Made by a program: the position numbers and the translations under genes. Of a stretch of DNA of 64,000 nt, positions 1 through 10,762 are shown piece by piece; within the stretch, counting starts at the first letter, position 1, and every line of letters begins with the position of its first letter. Origin of the DNA: Octopus sinensis (taxonomy: Eukaryota); contig NC_043002.1 in the NCBI RefSeq assembly GCF_006345805.1, positions 45,136,001-45,200,000 of the forward strand, in the 5' to 3' direction. The notes under the pieces are model-generated. The model ran no database searches, had not been told where the DNA came from, and saw only the letters and a list, made by a program, of their open reading frames with translations.

Positions 1-1154
1 TACATACGAGTTTGTTGATTTGTGTTTGTTTTCTTCCCGTTTAGGGGGAACCTGAGAAGAGAAGTAAAATGGAAATTGGACCAGCAGAAGACCACTGTTT
101 ACTCGAGTATGTGAGACCGAGAGTGGTAGTGGAGGGTATGCCTCCCATATGCTACCTGTGTGGCGAGAAAGGCTATATGAAAGCGAGGTGCCCCCAGAAA
201 GAAGAGAAGGAACAACAGATGGCACAGTCTGAGGAATTGATGGTAGAAGAAATGGTACAGGATGATGAGAAAGAGACAGCCATAACAGGGGACGAATTTA
301 CAGTAGTTAAAAACGAAAGAGGAAAGAAACAGTAAGATATCCGTCGGAGAGACAGAAAAAGAAAAAAAGAAGTAGATAAGGAGGTTGAGAAGGTCGTGAA
401 AGAGGTTGAAAAGAAGGTCGAGAAGGAGGTCGAAAAGTAAGTTGAGGAGGAGATCGAGAAGGAGCTCGAGAAAAAGGAGACAGTAAGAAGGGTACTAAAG
501 AGGAGAAAGCTTTAGGCGATGTAGAAAGACAACAGCATGAAGAAACAACGGCACTAACCAAAATGGAGAAGGATAAAGACATAGAGAAGGCGACAAGAGT
601 GGAGCAAGATAAACAGGCGAGAAGGCCGAGAAAGTACAGATGGAGTTTCTTACATATGCTAAGAGCACAGCAACTGGAAGAATGATAATGAAGTTTAAAA
701 CTGTTATAAGGGTTAAGTTGCCTACAGATACGTACGGAGAAAACGTGAAAGCCATTATAACTGATAAAGACTGATACAACAGGTTGAAGGAAATGTGTAA
801 CATTGATCCGCCGAGATTTGTAGTGGAGTTTGACCAAGTGCTGCCAGTAATGGAATTAAGCGAACTGGAACCATTCATAAGATATTTAAAAAAACGTAAA
901 GCTGCTTTAAAAAAAAAAGAGAGAGAATAAAATCGATACTAGTGGAGAAAAAACAGGAAAAAAGTATAAACTATGAGTAAAAACGTTCAAATGGTACTGA
1001 ATGAGAGTGGGGCTCATGCAGCCATTTCATTTTTCATTTTTTTTACTTTTTTCTCATCTTTCATTCGTTTTATTTTTATCCCCACTGTGGTTTTCTGTCT
1101 ATCTTTGTTCTGTCCCCGCTGTGTAAGAGCCCGAGTGCATAATAAAAGAATTAG
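1..1154 (+). mobile_element. ORF1-only (HAL1-like) non-autonomous retroelement, copy A: internally deleted, degenerate gag-like zinc knuckle
   Basis: ORF 69-335 contains PPICYLCGEKGYMKARCP (CCHC knuckle with H>Y), followed by a Glu/Lys-rich 12-bp-period segment (~385-480). The C-terminus (IITDKD*YNRLKE...EFDQVLPV) and 3' UTR (gagagtggggctcatgcagccatttc...aataaaagaattag) are homologous to the copy at 17867-19310. No RT is present. Confidence 0.7.
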
Positions 1155-1689
1155 TACAGTGTGGTATTTTTCTAGTTAAAATCCTTGTGATTCCGTAGAA
1201 GTAAGTGGTGTTATAATTGTTATAGTATATTTGTTGAAGGTTTCCACTCGTGGATGTACCTATGATTGTTGAAATTGCTTCTTTTACATACGAGTTTGTT
1301 GATTTGTGTTTTTCTTCCTTTTTATGGGGGAACCTGAGAAGAGAAGAAATATGGAAAGTGGACAGCAAAAGGCCACAGTTATGCGGCAGCAATTGGCAGA
1401 GAAGTGGACTCTGACGCTTTGGAGGTTCGTGAGGTGAAGGTAGAACCGAAGAAGCTAAAAGAGTATGAAAAGTTGTTAAAAAAAGGAAGGCAATACTTTG
1501 AAATTAATTCCACCAGATGATTTAACGAATACTGTGACAAAAAGAACTGTGATATACAAAATACTGAAAGTGTCATCCCGAAAAATTGAAATCGCAACTA
1601 TCGAAGCTATCGAAGAGTGTCTAAAAGAAGTTAAAAAGTTCACCACTTTCATCACAAAACGAAGAAGTATGGCACAGGCTCTTTGGTAA
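1155..1689 (+). mobile_element. ORF1-only element copy B, head-to-tail with copy A, 3'-truncated
   Basis: 1286-1380 repeats 1-95. ORF 1498-1689 (PDDLTNTVTKRTVIYKILKVSSRKIEIATIEAIEECLKEVKKFTTF) matches ORF 18650-19177 (PEELTSYLAKKTVMCRMLSMSSKKIEVAQIEAIEECLQDVKRLTTF). Confidence 0.7.
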
Positions 1690-2900
1690 GCCAAGTCACG
1701 TTCTCGGGTAGCTTCTGATCCTCTTGCTCGGAGTTTCCACAGCTAACATACTAAAACCAAATAGTAATATAGCAAACTCTATAGTGTGTTGCTATGTCCA
1801 AGCATTGAAGTGACTGAGTAATCCAGATTGATCAACCTTCATGAGCCAGTCTCAAGGTGTCTGCTGGTTTTCCTGATGGCAGCTGTGTTCTATAAGCTGC
1901 AGTGAAATAATTTACCCAAGCTCTTTACTGATTGCTCTATCAATGTTCAGATGATGGTTTTGTATAAGGTGAAGCGGAACCTTTACATCGCTTGCGCTCT
2001 TTTCAGCACAAAGGGCCCTAACTTTATTGGTTTGAAGTTCATTCTTGCTAATGAGATACGTTTTTCAATTCATTGAAGGATTCGTTTGCTACTATCAACT
2101 GATGATATTGTTACAAGTCGTCCATGAAATCTCACTTACGACTGTTACATGCCAGTCTTTGTCTAGAGTCCTTGGCACCCTCTTCACAGTGAGAGCAAAA
2201 AAATGGCTGAAATTGTACAACCAGTTACAATCTCTTTCTCTATCCAGTGTCATCTTGATGTTGTGGATCTAAGCGTTATTCCTGGCGTTACAATAATTCA
2301 AAAAGTGGTCATTTATCTTCCTGGAACAGCATTCTTGATAGCTTGAGTGGCATGAACCTGTAGGAATTTGGGGGTCCAAACACAGAACCACTAGGTCCCC
2401 CTTGCTTTTCTTTACTTCTCTTAATAGCTGTATGACTGCCTCTATATACTCCAAGTAACCAGCTATTCCAGCAACGTCATCATTCTGCACAGATCTAGTA
2501 ATGTAGTCATTCTTCGGGAGGAATTTTGTTAGTTGATGAGAGAAGTTACTGAAAGTATCTTTCGTTCAATGCTCAATCTTCTTAGAATTTTCTTGTTTAG
2601 AAACAAAGACACTCTCAACACACTTCAAATATCTGGAGCCTCATGCTCTTCCTCTCCGCTTTTCTGCACCTTCTACAGTAGTTGAAGGAGTTTTGAATAA
2701 CGTTTATAAGTATTTCAAAGTACTCCGCACGACTTTGGAATAGCGGCTGAACTTGCTGCCTTAACGATAGCCTGAAATTTCTTCTATCTCGGTTCATTCA
2801 AGTCGGATTCAGTCGTTGGAGATTCTGGTCTTATCAAGGTTTTTCTTTTGGCCAAGGTTCTGATTTCTTGCAGGGTCACTCAATTCATGTAATGTTAATT
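1690..2900 (-). mobile_element. Degenerate RLE-type non-LTR retrotransposon RT (Hero/NeSL-like)
   Basis: ORF 2269-2490 GIAGYLEYIEAVIQLLREVKKSKGDLVVLCLD resembles the Hero RT motif GCLEH..V.QL.REA....GDL.VLWLDL. FMDDL lies near 2110-2130 and MNFKP near 2030-2045. Many stops and frameshifts. Confidence 0.65.
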
Positions 2901-3645
2901 AAAGTGCTTAAAGCATTTTCCATTAAATGCGGCTTCCCGCTGAGATCCGTATGTTGACAAGTTGATGGATTGGAGGACTCTTGGGACATTATCCTATCAA
3001 TAGCATTTGTAGCGATCCATGCAATTAAGTCAATGTGGTTCTACAAGGGTTATTCATTATTGTGAATGATTCGTTATTTGAAAACCTAGGACTCATTTTA
3101 TATGATTTTCTTTTCCTTAATTCTACTTGAAGGTAACTTTTGGTTTGTGAATCGATATCTAAAAATTAATCGCGACGTGAATCCTAGTGAATTATTCCAG
3201 ATCTAGATAGCATCGCAGATTACATTTTTTAAAATAAATTTAGGTCAGCAGCATTAGACAGAATGCTGTGAAAAGTTTGCTAAAAACTGTTGTATATCGA
3301 TTTTTTTAGTTTCAGAAACTTTTTTGTTTTCAGATTATATTCTCGCAGACATACATGCACAATATTTATAAACTTATACACATACATTCAGACAGACAGA
3401 TATTCAGACAGGGAGACAGATATAGATAGATAGATGTATATATAGAGAGATAAAACTTACTTGGAAATAGATGTGTGGCGTTCGATCATATAATAATATA
3501 AGTAATATATATATATGCATATGTACATACATATATATATATATATAACGGGAAGCTTTATGAAAATAAACAAAAGACGAAGGCAGGTGGAAAACAAACG
3601 AACAATTGTATTAGTATGGCGCTCAGGAAATATAAATAAAACAAG

Positions 3646-3683
3646 TCTTTAACGTTTCGAGCCTACGCTCTTCAACAGAAAGA
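3646..3683 (-). ncRNA. Minimal type I hammerhead ribozyme variant
   Basis: Minus strand reads UCUUU-CUGUUGA-A-GAGC(GUAG)GCUC-GAAAC-GUU^AAAGA. Stem I is UCUUU/AAAGA and stem III is the loop-less palindrome AACGUU. The core has A6>U. Confidence 0.6.
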
Positions 3684-3986
3684 TAAGTTCAAGGTTGAAA
3701 GTTCAAGGTGAGAAATGTGTAGACGTCGTGGTATATTTTTTAAGGATTTCACATCAATGCAAAGTCACTTTGATCCGCGAAAGAGAGGTGCAGCCAATGG
3801 TAAGTATATCCAAGGTAGAGGTAAGTGTTGATAGTGGTATTGGTAGAATATAGGATGAAAGTGAGACCACGTGAGCGCATAATATATAACGGGAAGCTTT
3901 ATGAAAATAAACAAAAGACGAAGGCAGGTGGAAAACAAACGAACAATTGTATTAGTATGGCGCTCAGGAAATATAAATAAAACAAG

Positions 3987-4024
3987 TCTTTAACGTTTCG
4001 AGCCTACGCTCTTCAACAGAAAGA
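3987..4024 (-). ncRNA. Minimal type I hammerhead ribozyme variant (second tandem unit)
   Basis: Identical motif to 3646-3683. Confidence 0.6.
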
Positions 4025-4326
4025 TAAGTTCAAGGTTGAAAAAGGTGAGAAATGTGTAGACGTCGTGGTATATTTTTTAAGGATTTCACATCAATGCAAA
4101 GTTACTTTGATCCGCGAAAGAGAGGTGCAGCCAATGGTAAGTATATCCAAGGTAGAGGTAAGTGTTGATAGTGGTATTGGTAGAATATAGGATGAAAGTG
4201 AGACCACGTGAGCGTATAATATATATAACGGGAAGCTTTATGAAAATAAACAAAAGACGAAGGCAGGTGGAAAACAAACGAACAATTGTATTAGTATGGC
4301 GCTCAGGAGATATAAATAAAACAAGT

Positions 4327-4368
<42 letters not shown>

Positions 4369-4729
4369 ACATATATATGTATAATAACATGTATATATGT
4401 GTACAGGACGTCAAGAAAACGTGAACATGAAAAATGAGAACAGGAAAAACAAAAACATGGAAAACGAACTTTTTCGAACAACGAAAGGAACGAGACAGGT
4501 AACATAAATGAGACAGGTAACATAAAGAACGATCCCTTCATCAGTTGTCCCCTGTTTTATCTACTCCGCGTTTCGAACGCTTGGTGCAAGACGCGTCTTC
4601 GTTATTGTAGTTGTTCCCGCAAAGCAAATCAAATAAATTTGGCGATTTCCGATGGGTTAAAGCGGTAGCAAAAACAGGGCAGTAAGAACAAAACAGTAAA
4701 AACAAACGGTAAGGGCTTTTAAACCATAA

Positions 4730-4792
<63 letters not shown>

Positions 4793-4925
4793 ATTTTTAT
4801 CAAATTTCCTCATTCATGAATGCCAAAATTAGATAACCGGTAATACCACACATACACAAACGCGCGCGCGCCCAATTATAGGTTACATCTATGTATGTTA
4901 TATCTATGAGTTACATCTACTTATA

Positions 4926-5139
4926 TTCTTTTACTCTTTTACTCTTTTACTTGTTTCAGTCATTTGACTGCGGCCATGCTGGAGCACCGCCTTTAGTCGA
5001 GCAAATCGACCCCGGGACTTATTCTTTGTAAGCCCAGTACTTATTCTATCGGTCTCTTTTGCCGAACCGCTAAGTGACGGGGACGTAAACACACCAGCAT
5101 CGATTGTCAAGCAATGCTAGTGGGACAAGCACAAACACA

Positions 5140-5140
<1 letters not shown>
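4926..5140 (-). mobile_element. SINE 3' half with CR1-group LINE-like tail
   Basis: Matches the 3' half of the SINE at 29650-30055. Tail (rc) is ggcggtgctccagcatggccgcagtcaaatgactgaaacaag followed by (taaaagag)n. Confidence 0.8.
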
Positions 5141-5206
<66 letters not shown>

Positions 5207-5208
<2 letters not shown>

Positions 5209-5422
5209 CGGGAAGCTTTATGAAAATAAACAAAAGACGAAGGCAGGTGGAATACAAACAAACAATTGTATTAGTATGGCGCTCAGGAATATAAATAAAA
5301 CAAGTCTTTTACGTTTCGAGCCTACGCTCTTCAACAGAAAGATACACAGAAAAGAAACACATAAAGAACAAGGAGAGAAAAAATGCGTGCAGAGGTTAGC
5401 GAATCAACATGGCGATCTCATG

Positions 5423-5427
<5 letters not shown>
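5207..5427 (-). mobile_element. Dispersed copy of the 3547-family HHR element (HHR at 5305-5342, GUA cleavage triplet)
   Basis: 5207-5344 is nearly identical to 3547-3685, then diverges. Flanked by (TA)n on both sides. Confidence 0.7.
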
Positions 5428-5518
<91 letters not shown>

Positions 5519-6069
5519 AAGTATCATTAGAGACAGAAATCCCCATAAATTCATCAAATCAGAATATAAATTCGACCATGTCATAGAATAATATATTTAA
5601 TACTTACTATTCATGTTCAAAGTTATCGATTATACGTATTTCATGAGGTTGTATACTATGTTCTTGAGACACACAGTCTCTTACAGATCATCCACTTATA
5701 TACAACCCCAATCTTCAGGTCCACCTATCCCCCGTTTATAATTTTATCTATCCTTATATATTCCAACTTAAAGTTATATCAAACTATACAGATGTATAAA
5801 TAAATTCTTAGTATGTGAAAATATATAGATGTGTAAATAAATTCATTGAACCCTGCAGTTTAAGCTATAATATATTAAGAATTAAATGTGAATTACGCCA
5901 AAAATATACATATAAATGAAAAATATATACGAATGAGAAAATATATACGAATGCGGAAAAATATATACTAATGAGAAGAAAATATAAAATTATAAGAATA
6001 AAAATTAAAAATTTGTAAGGCAGTGGGGGGTGTTCTTGCTTGTTCCCAAGCTCAAAGTTCCTTCCTCGA

Positions 6070-6480
6070 GATTCTGCGACAGACCACATGTTCCCTGCTG
6101 ACTACATTGCACCAAATGCACATTTCGTCTTTCTATTTCCTCCTTTCTCACTTCGTGTACCACTGCGTCGTTCATCTCTTTTACACTGCTCATACTAAAA
6201 TGGTTTGAAGTTTTGAAACCTGAGACCCGCTCTTGCTTCTTTCGTCACTCCGACTATATCGTCATGCCTTAGCTTTCCAAACGTGCTGGTTACTGCTTTT
6301 CCGCTTTCCATTTCCTCCCTGTTCGTACCTTTGGGAAGTTTTCTCGGTTGTACTAATCTTTCGAATACCTTACTGTCCTCGCCTTTTTTGCCTTATATTC
6401 TTCGACGATTGGTGTCATCAGTAGTTGCAGCACAGGTTTTTCATATAGTGCAGCTGTATTCAGTGGTTTGTTCCATCCTT
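6070..6480 (-). mobile_element. Hero-like non-LTR retrotransposon C-terminal remnant
   Basis: Manual translation gives IVEEYKAKKAR...PKVRTGRKWKAE and AVVHEVRKEEIERRNVHLVQCSQQG, typical of the post-RT region of Hero-clade elements. Confidence 0.6.
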
Positions 6481-6696
6481 TCTTTGTTTCATTCTTTCTA
6501 CTCTACTCGAGGCTATTTCATACATAACGAAAATCCTTCGACAAGGTAAATTATATTTTTATTTTAAGAAATATTGTTAAATGCTTTTCGATTATTTATA
6601 GTTAATACAGGTATTTTTTTATATATTTATTTGATAATTAGTATAAGTTAAGATAAGTACATTTATTCTATTATTATTTTTATTATTTATTATCTT

Positions 6697-6816
6697 AGAC
6701 CTGATGAGTGACTATATTTTTAAATAGAGTTAATTTTAATCCGATTTAATTTTAAATCGAATTGATTTTATTATTATTATCTATTTGAAAATATAGCCAT
6801 GAAACGTGCATAGTCT
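6697..6816 (+). ncRNA. Type I hammerhead ribozyme motif with long stem II
   Basis: AGAC-CUGAUGA-[GUGACUAUAUUUUUAAAUAGA...UCUAUUUGAAAAUAUAGCCAU, ~21-bp stem]-GAAAC-GUGC-AUA^GUCU. One mismatch in stem III. Confidence 0.65.
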
Positions 6817-6976
6817 TTTTACTACTATTTACTATTTATTGTACTTTATTGATTTTTAAAATAAGGTTTTTTATAGTATATGTTTTCTATATGGTGTGAA
6901 TAACATCTTACTTTATTGAATTATTTAATAGAGGTTTTCTCTAAATTATATACACACATACATACATACATATACA

Positions 6977-7049
<73 letters not shown>

Positions 7050-7591
7050 TGATATTATAATCACCCATTTGAGACAGAATCCGAACCATGTAACCATCGT
7101 CGTGGAATGTCTGTTGGAATAAGATATAAATGACGTTTCTTTGCACGCTATGAATTGGTAAGAGATCCATTGTTATTTAGTGTCCAATTAGTTCTTTAAC
7201 GATTGCCATACGACTTTAGGCAAATCTAATATTGCCTATCGTTATAAAATGAAATTGTTAATAAAGAAAATATTATATGACACACCTATCACAGTTGGTG
7301 TTTGATAATTGATGCTTCAATTTTTATCAAAATTTCCTATTATTGAATTCTAAAACATTTTACCGGATAATATTTAAGATCTTTTTAAAGAATTCCAGGC
7401 AACTATTCATAACATTTAAATTATAAATTCATATTTCTTAATTATATAGGAGTGTCGGAATAACCGCTAACTTTACGCTACGAGCTTTGTAGTGGTTGAG
7501 ACAAAATAATTAAAGATTTTAGGCAATTTTTCCCCAAAGCTTGCGTGTTTACGGCACTCACTTCTGAATTTTTCTAATCAATTTATGCTAC

Positions 7592-8263
7592 GGGCGCAAG
7601 CGTGGCTGTGTGATAAGAAGCTAGCTTCTCAACCATATGGTTCCAGACACAGCCTCATTGTGTTTTACCCTGGGCAAGTGTCTTCAACTATAACCCTAGG
7701 ATGACCAAAGCCTTGTGAGTGGATTTGGTAAACGGAAACTGAAAGACTACCTATTTCTTTACTACCCAGAAGGGGCTACACAGAGAGGACAAACAAGGAC
7801 AGACAAACGGATTTAGTCGATTACATTAACCCCAGTGCGTAACTGGTACTTAATTTATCAACCCCGAAAGGATGAAAGGCAAAGTCGACCTCGGCGGAAT
7901 TTGAACTCAGAACGTAACGGTAGACGAAATACGGCTACGCATTTCACCCGGCGTGCTAACGTTTCTGCCAGCTCGCCGCCTTGAAAGAATTCCGTCGTAT
8001 ATACGTGCATGCGTGTGTGTGTGTGTGTGCGTGTGTGTGCATGCATATATGTATATACCTATGTTTGTGTTTGTCCCCCACTATCGCTTGACAGCCAGTA
8101 TTGATTTGTCCTCGTAAGGTAGCGGTTCGGCAAATAGTATTCGATAGAATAAGTACCAGACTTTGAAAAAATAAGTTCTGGGGCCGATTTGTTCGACGGA
8201 ACCTTTCAAGGCAGTCTCCCAGCAAGGCCGCTGTCCAGTGACTGAAGCAAGTAAAACATAAAA
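7592..8263 (+). mobile_element. tRNA-derived SINE with internal (TG)n, interrupted by a nested SINE
   Basis: Head ggcgcaagcgtggctgtgtg..., body ccttgtgagtggatttggt...gaaactgaaaga, tail ...gactgaagcaagtaaaa. Same family as 29650-30055. Confidence 0.8.
7747..7981 (-). mobile_element. Nested tRNA-derived SINE with Tx1-like 3' tail and 7-bp TSD
   Basis: TSD tgaaaga at 7740-7746 and 7982-7988. B-box-like gagttcaaattcc on the minus strand. Tail (rc) tgtctgtccttgtttgtcctctctgtgtagcccc...taaagaaatag. Confidence 0.8.
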
Positions 8264-8449
8264 TGTAACAGATATTCGATATTGATAGAATGTAAGTAGG
8301 CATTCTTCATGGTATTGTTGTACATAAATTATCGGAACCTGTACATAGATTGCAATCGATAATTGTATAAGTATCTTCATTTTAGTTGGCATTAGTTACA
8401 GATCCACCAACCAAAAAAAGAAAACAAGAAACTTAAGAAATCAAAGAAA

Positions 8450-8930
8450 TCAAAGATATTTGGTTGAACTGCCTTAGAGTTTACACTGACAAAACTGCTC
8501 ACATCAGATTAATATTTTTCCCCAACTGAACCTAAAGTGCATTCAACTGGTTTATATTAAGTTTCTTTCCAACTTGTCCAATACAAGATACCTTCCTCCT
8601 ACGATATCTAATTATTTATCTTTTAAGAGTTTACCGATAGGAGAACATATTGCAAGAGTGGAACAATAAATACAGTATTATTTATTTCTTATACTTTGCT
8701 TTAAAATGTTCAGTGCTTGAGCCATAGGTTAATATGACCCTTTTGTTGATATCATATCAAATAGAAGTGCATTCAACAAATTCGTCAGTGCAGCTGAGAT
8801 GTAGAAATGTTTTCAAAGATATCTGTGATTCACTGTTATCGAAGGTTTTAGTTAATCAAGTAAAGCCATATAAAACTGTTCCTATATCAAGTTTATCCAT
8901 CATCAATAAGCTATTTTTTACTTAATGTAA
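8450..8930 (-). mobile_element. Possible ancient RTE-clade RT remnant
   Basis: Minus-strand translation LYGFT*LTKTFDN...LSCTDEFV weakly resembles RTE LYMAFIDLTKAFD...GCPDKFV. Highly decayed. Confidence 0.3.
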
Positions 8931-9281
8931 CTATGAAAATGTGAAGATACTTCAGCTCTACTGTTATGATAATGTGCAACGCTCGAATCTTTTAGATTTT
9001 GTTGCTGTGTTATTGTTGTTATTATTTGGCCCAAGTCAGCCATGATTGACGAAACATATAATTAGAGATACTCTAGTGGTTATCATCCTATCCCTATTTA
9101 CAAGCATAGTACTGGAACTACATTATATAGTGTGTCCTCATTCTTTTTACATGATAGGGTATGAGGATTTTGAAAGATATTCATTGCAACTTCAAGCATG
9201 TTAAATGACCGTGTAAAGAATCCCCCTTTGTTACTGTGTTCAGCATGCAAGATGATGTGTCCGTATGCATGCATTTATGCA

Positions 9282-9360
<79 letters not shown>
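9282..9360. repeat. (AAAG)n microsatellite
   Basis: Perfect tetranucleotide run. Confidence 0.95.
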
Positions 9361-9922
9361 GGAGGAAGGAAGAATGAAAGAATAGTCTTTGCAGGTATAA
9401 GTGATAGAGTGAATGTGTACAGTTGTGTAACTGTTGCTGTACAGTACCGTGTTTCTTCTTTAACGTCATTTTCTCGATACTTATCTGGATAGTTCTAGTA
9501 AGAAATTATATGATATCCTTAGAAATAATTCTTTTGAAAACATTCTAAGTGGTCGGCGAGCAAATTTTCCCCAAATCAACGTCGTACTACCTTTAACAAA
9601 AAAAAAGGTAGATATATTGATTTGTAGAGCTGAGAATAAAAACAGCAGAGTGTTCAGGGCTGGTACCCGATCGGAATTGACCCGAGATTAAAAGAAAATA
9701 AGCTTAAAGGTTCACTTTGACAAGTGATAGTATACGCTTAGCCATCTCTCAGAACGACAGAGAAATTTACATTGTTCGGCCACAATCTTCGTAAGTCTCC
9801 GTTTTAACTCTGACCATGTAACGTTAAACGCAGGTATTTAACATAACACACGATGTACATGCACACGCGCATACATGCATACATACATAATACATATATG
9901 CATACATATGTACATGCATACG

Positions 9923-9957
<35 letters not shown>

Positions 9958-9958
<1 letters not shown>

Positions 9959-10105
9959 CCGGAGTAAACACATAAATGTGAAACAAGGTGGAAAAAAGAG
10001 TACTCAAATACCAGTGGTAGAGTAATATGCTTTATTTTAAGCAGCAGAAAATTCAACAAAATCTGTTACTCTGAGTTTCTCGTTGCCGTTCATCAGACAG
10101 TTTTT
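9958..10105 (-). ncRNA. Short element in (TA)n carrying a type I hammerhead (10063-10100)
   Basis: Minus strand reads CUGU-CUGAUGA-ACG(GCAA)CGA-GAAAC-UCAGA-GUA^ACAG. Stem I is CUGU/ACAG and stem III is the quasi-palindrome ACUCAGAGU. Confidence 0.65.
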
Positions 10106-10106
10106 G

Positions 10107-10138
<32 letters not shown>

Positions 10139-10471
10139 TTACGTAGATACATATGTACATACATGGCTACATACATACAATACATACAAATACATGCATA
10201 CATACAAGCATGCATACATAGATATATATATATACACATATACATATGTAGATACGTACGTACATACATACATGCATATGTACATAAATATATGCATTCA
10301 TACATGCGTACATACATACATACATACATACATACACACGTACATACATACATACAACATACATACTTGCATGCATACATACACACATACATACATACAT
10401 AAATTCATACATACATACATACATACATACATACATACATACATACATACATACATACATACATACATACA
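10107..10471. repeat. Compound (TA)n/(TACA)n microsatellite
   Basis: Direct inspection; explains the YIHT-repeat ORFs. Confidence 0.9.
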
Positions 10472-10762
10472 TGCCGTCATAGATGTCAGCGGTCCTGCTG
10501 ATGTAGATGTCTCTGAGAACGAAAGACAAAAAGGATAGCTATAGGCAACGGCTTCGAAACCTCCATCTTCTATATCCAGATTATAAATTCAAATTTATGC
10601 CAATAATGATTGGTGCACTTCGTTCTGTGAGTAAATGCTTAAGCGACAATCTGGAAAAGCTAGGGTTTTCAGGAAAAGAAATCATTCAATTCGCACATTA
10701 CAAATACAATCTGTATGGGGAAGAGTAAAACTATGCAAGACTTTTCTGAAGCTTAAAATGTA
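10472..10762 (+). mobile_element. C-terminal restriction-like endonuclease fragment of an RLE non-LTR retrotransposon
   Basis: VIDVSGPADVDVSLRTKDKKDSY...FMPIMIGALRSVSKCL matches the IIDV.CP.D...K..KY...PI.IGALG RLE C-terminus. Confidence 0.6.

Larger units (their letters stand above)
3547..4330 (-). mobile_element. Tandem ~340-bp hammerhead-containing repeat (2.3 copies), retrozyme/PLE-terminal-repeat-like, embedded in (TA)n
   Basis: Near-identical units start at 3547, 3888 and 4227. Each full unit has an HHR-like motif on the minus strand. (TA)n flanks both sides. Confidence 0.75.

Noticed and set aside
307-878. Minus-strand ORFs of 176 and 127 aa
   Set aside because: They are antisense shadows of the purine-rich ORF1-like sequence.
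3547-4330. CRISPR-like repeat array
   Set aside because: Whole ~340-bp units are duplicated with no unique spacers, there are no cas genes, and the context is eukaryotic.
4162-5591. ORFs rich in YI/HT/CV repeats (also 6916-7170, 9804-10538, 15587-16046, 36712-37162, 48754-49671, 63039-63348)
   Set aside because: They are translations of (TA)n, (CA)n and (TACA)n microsatellites, not genes.
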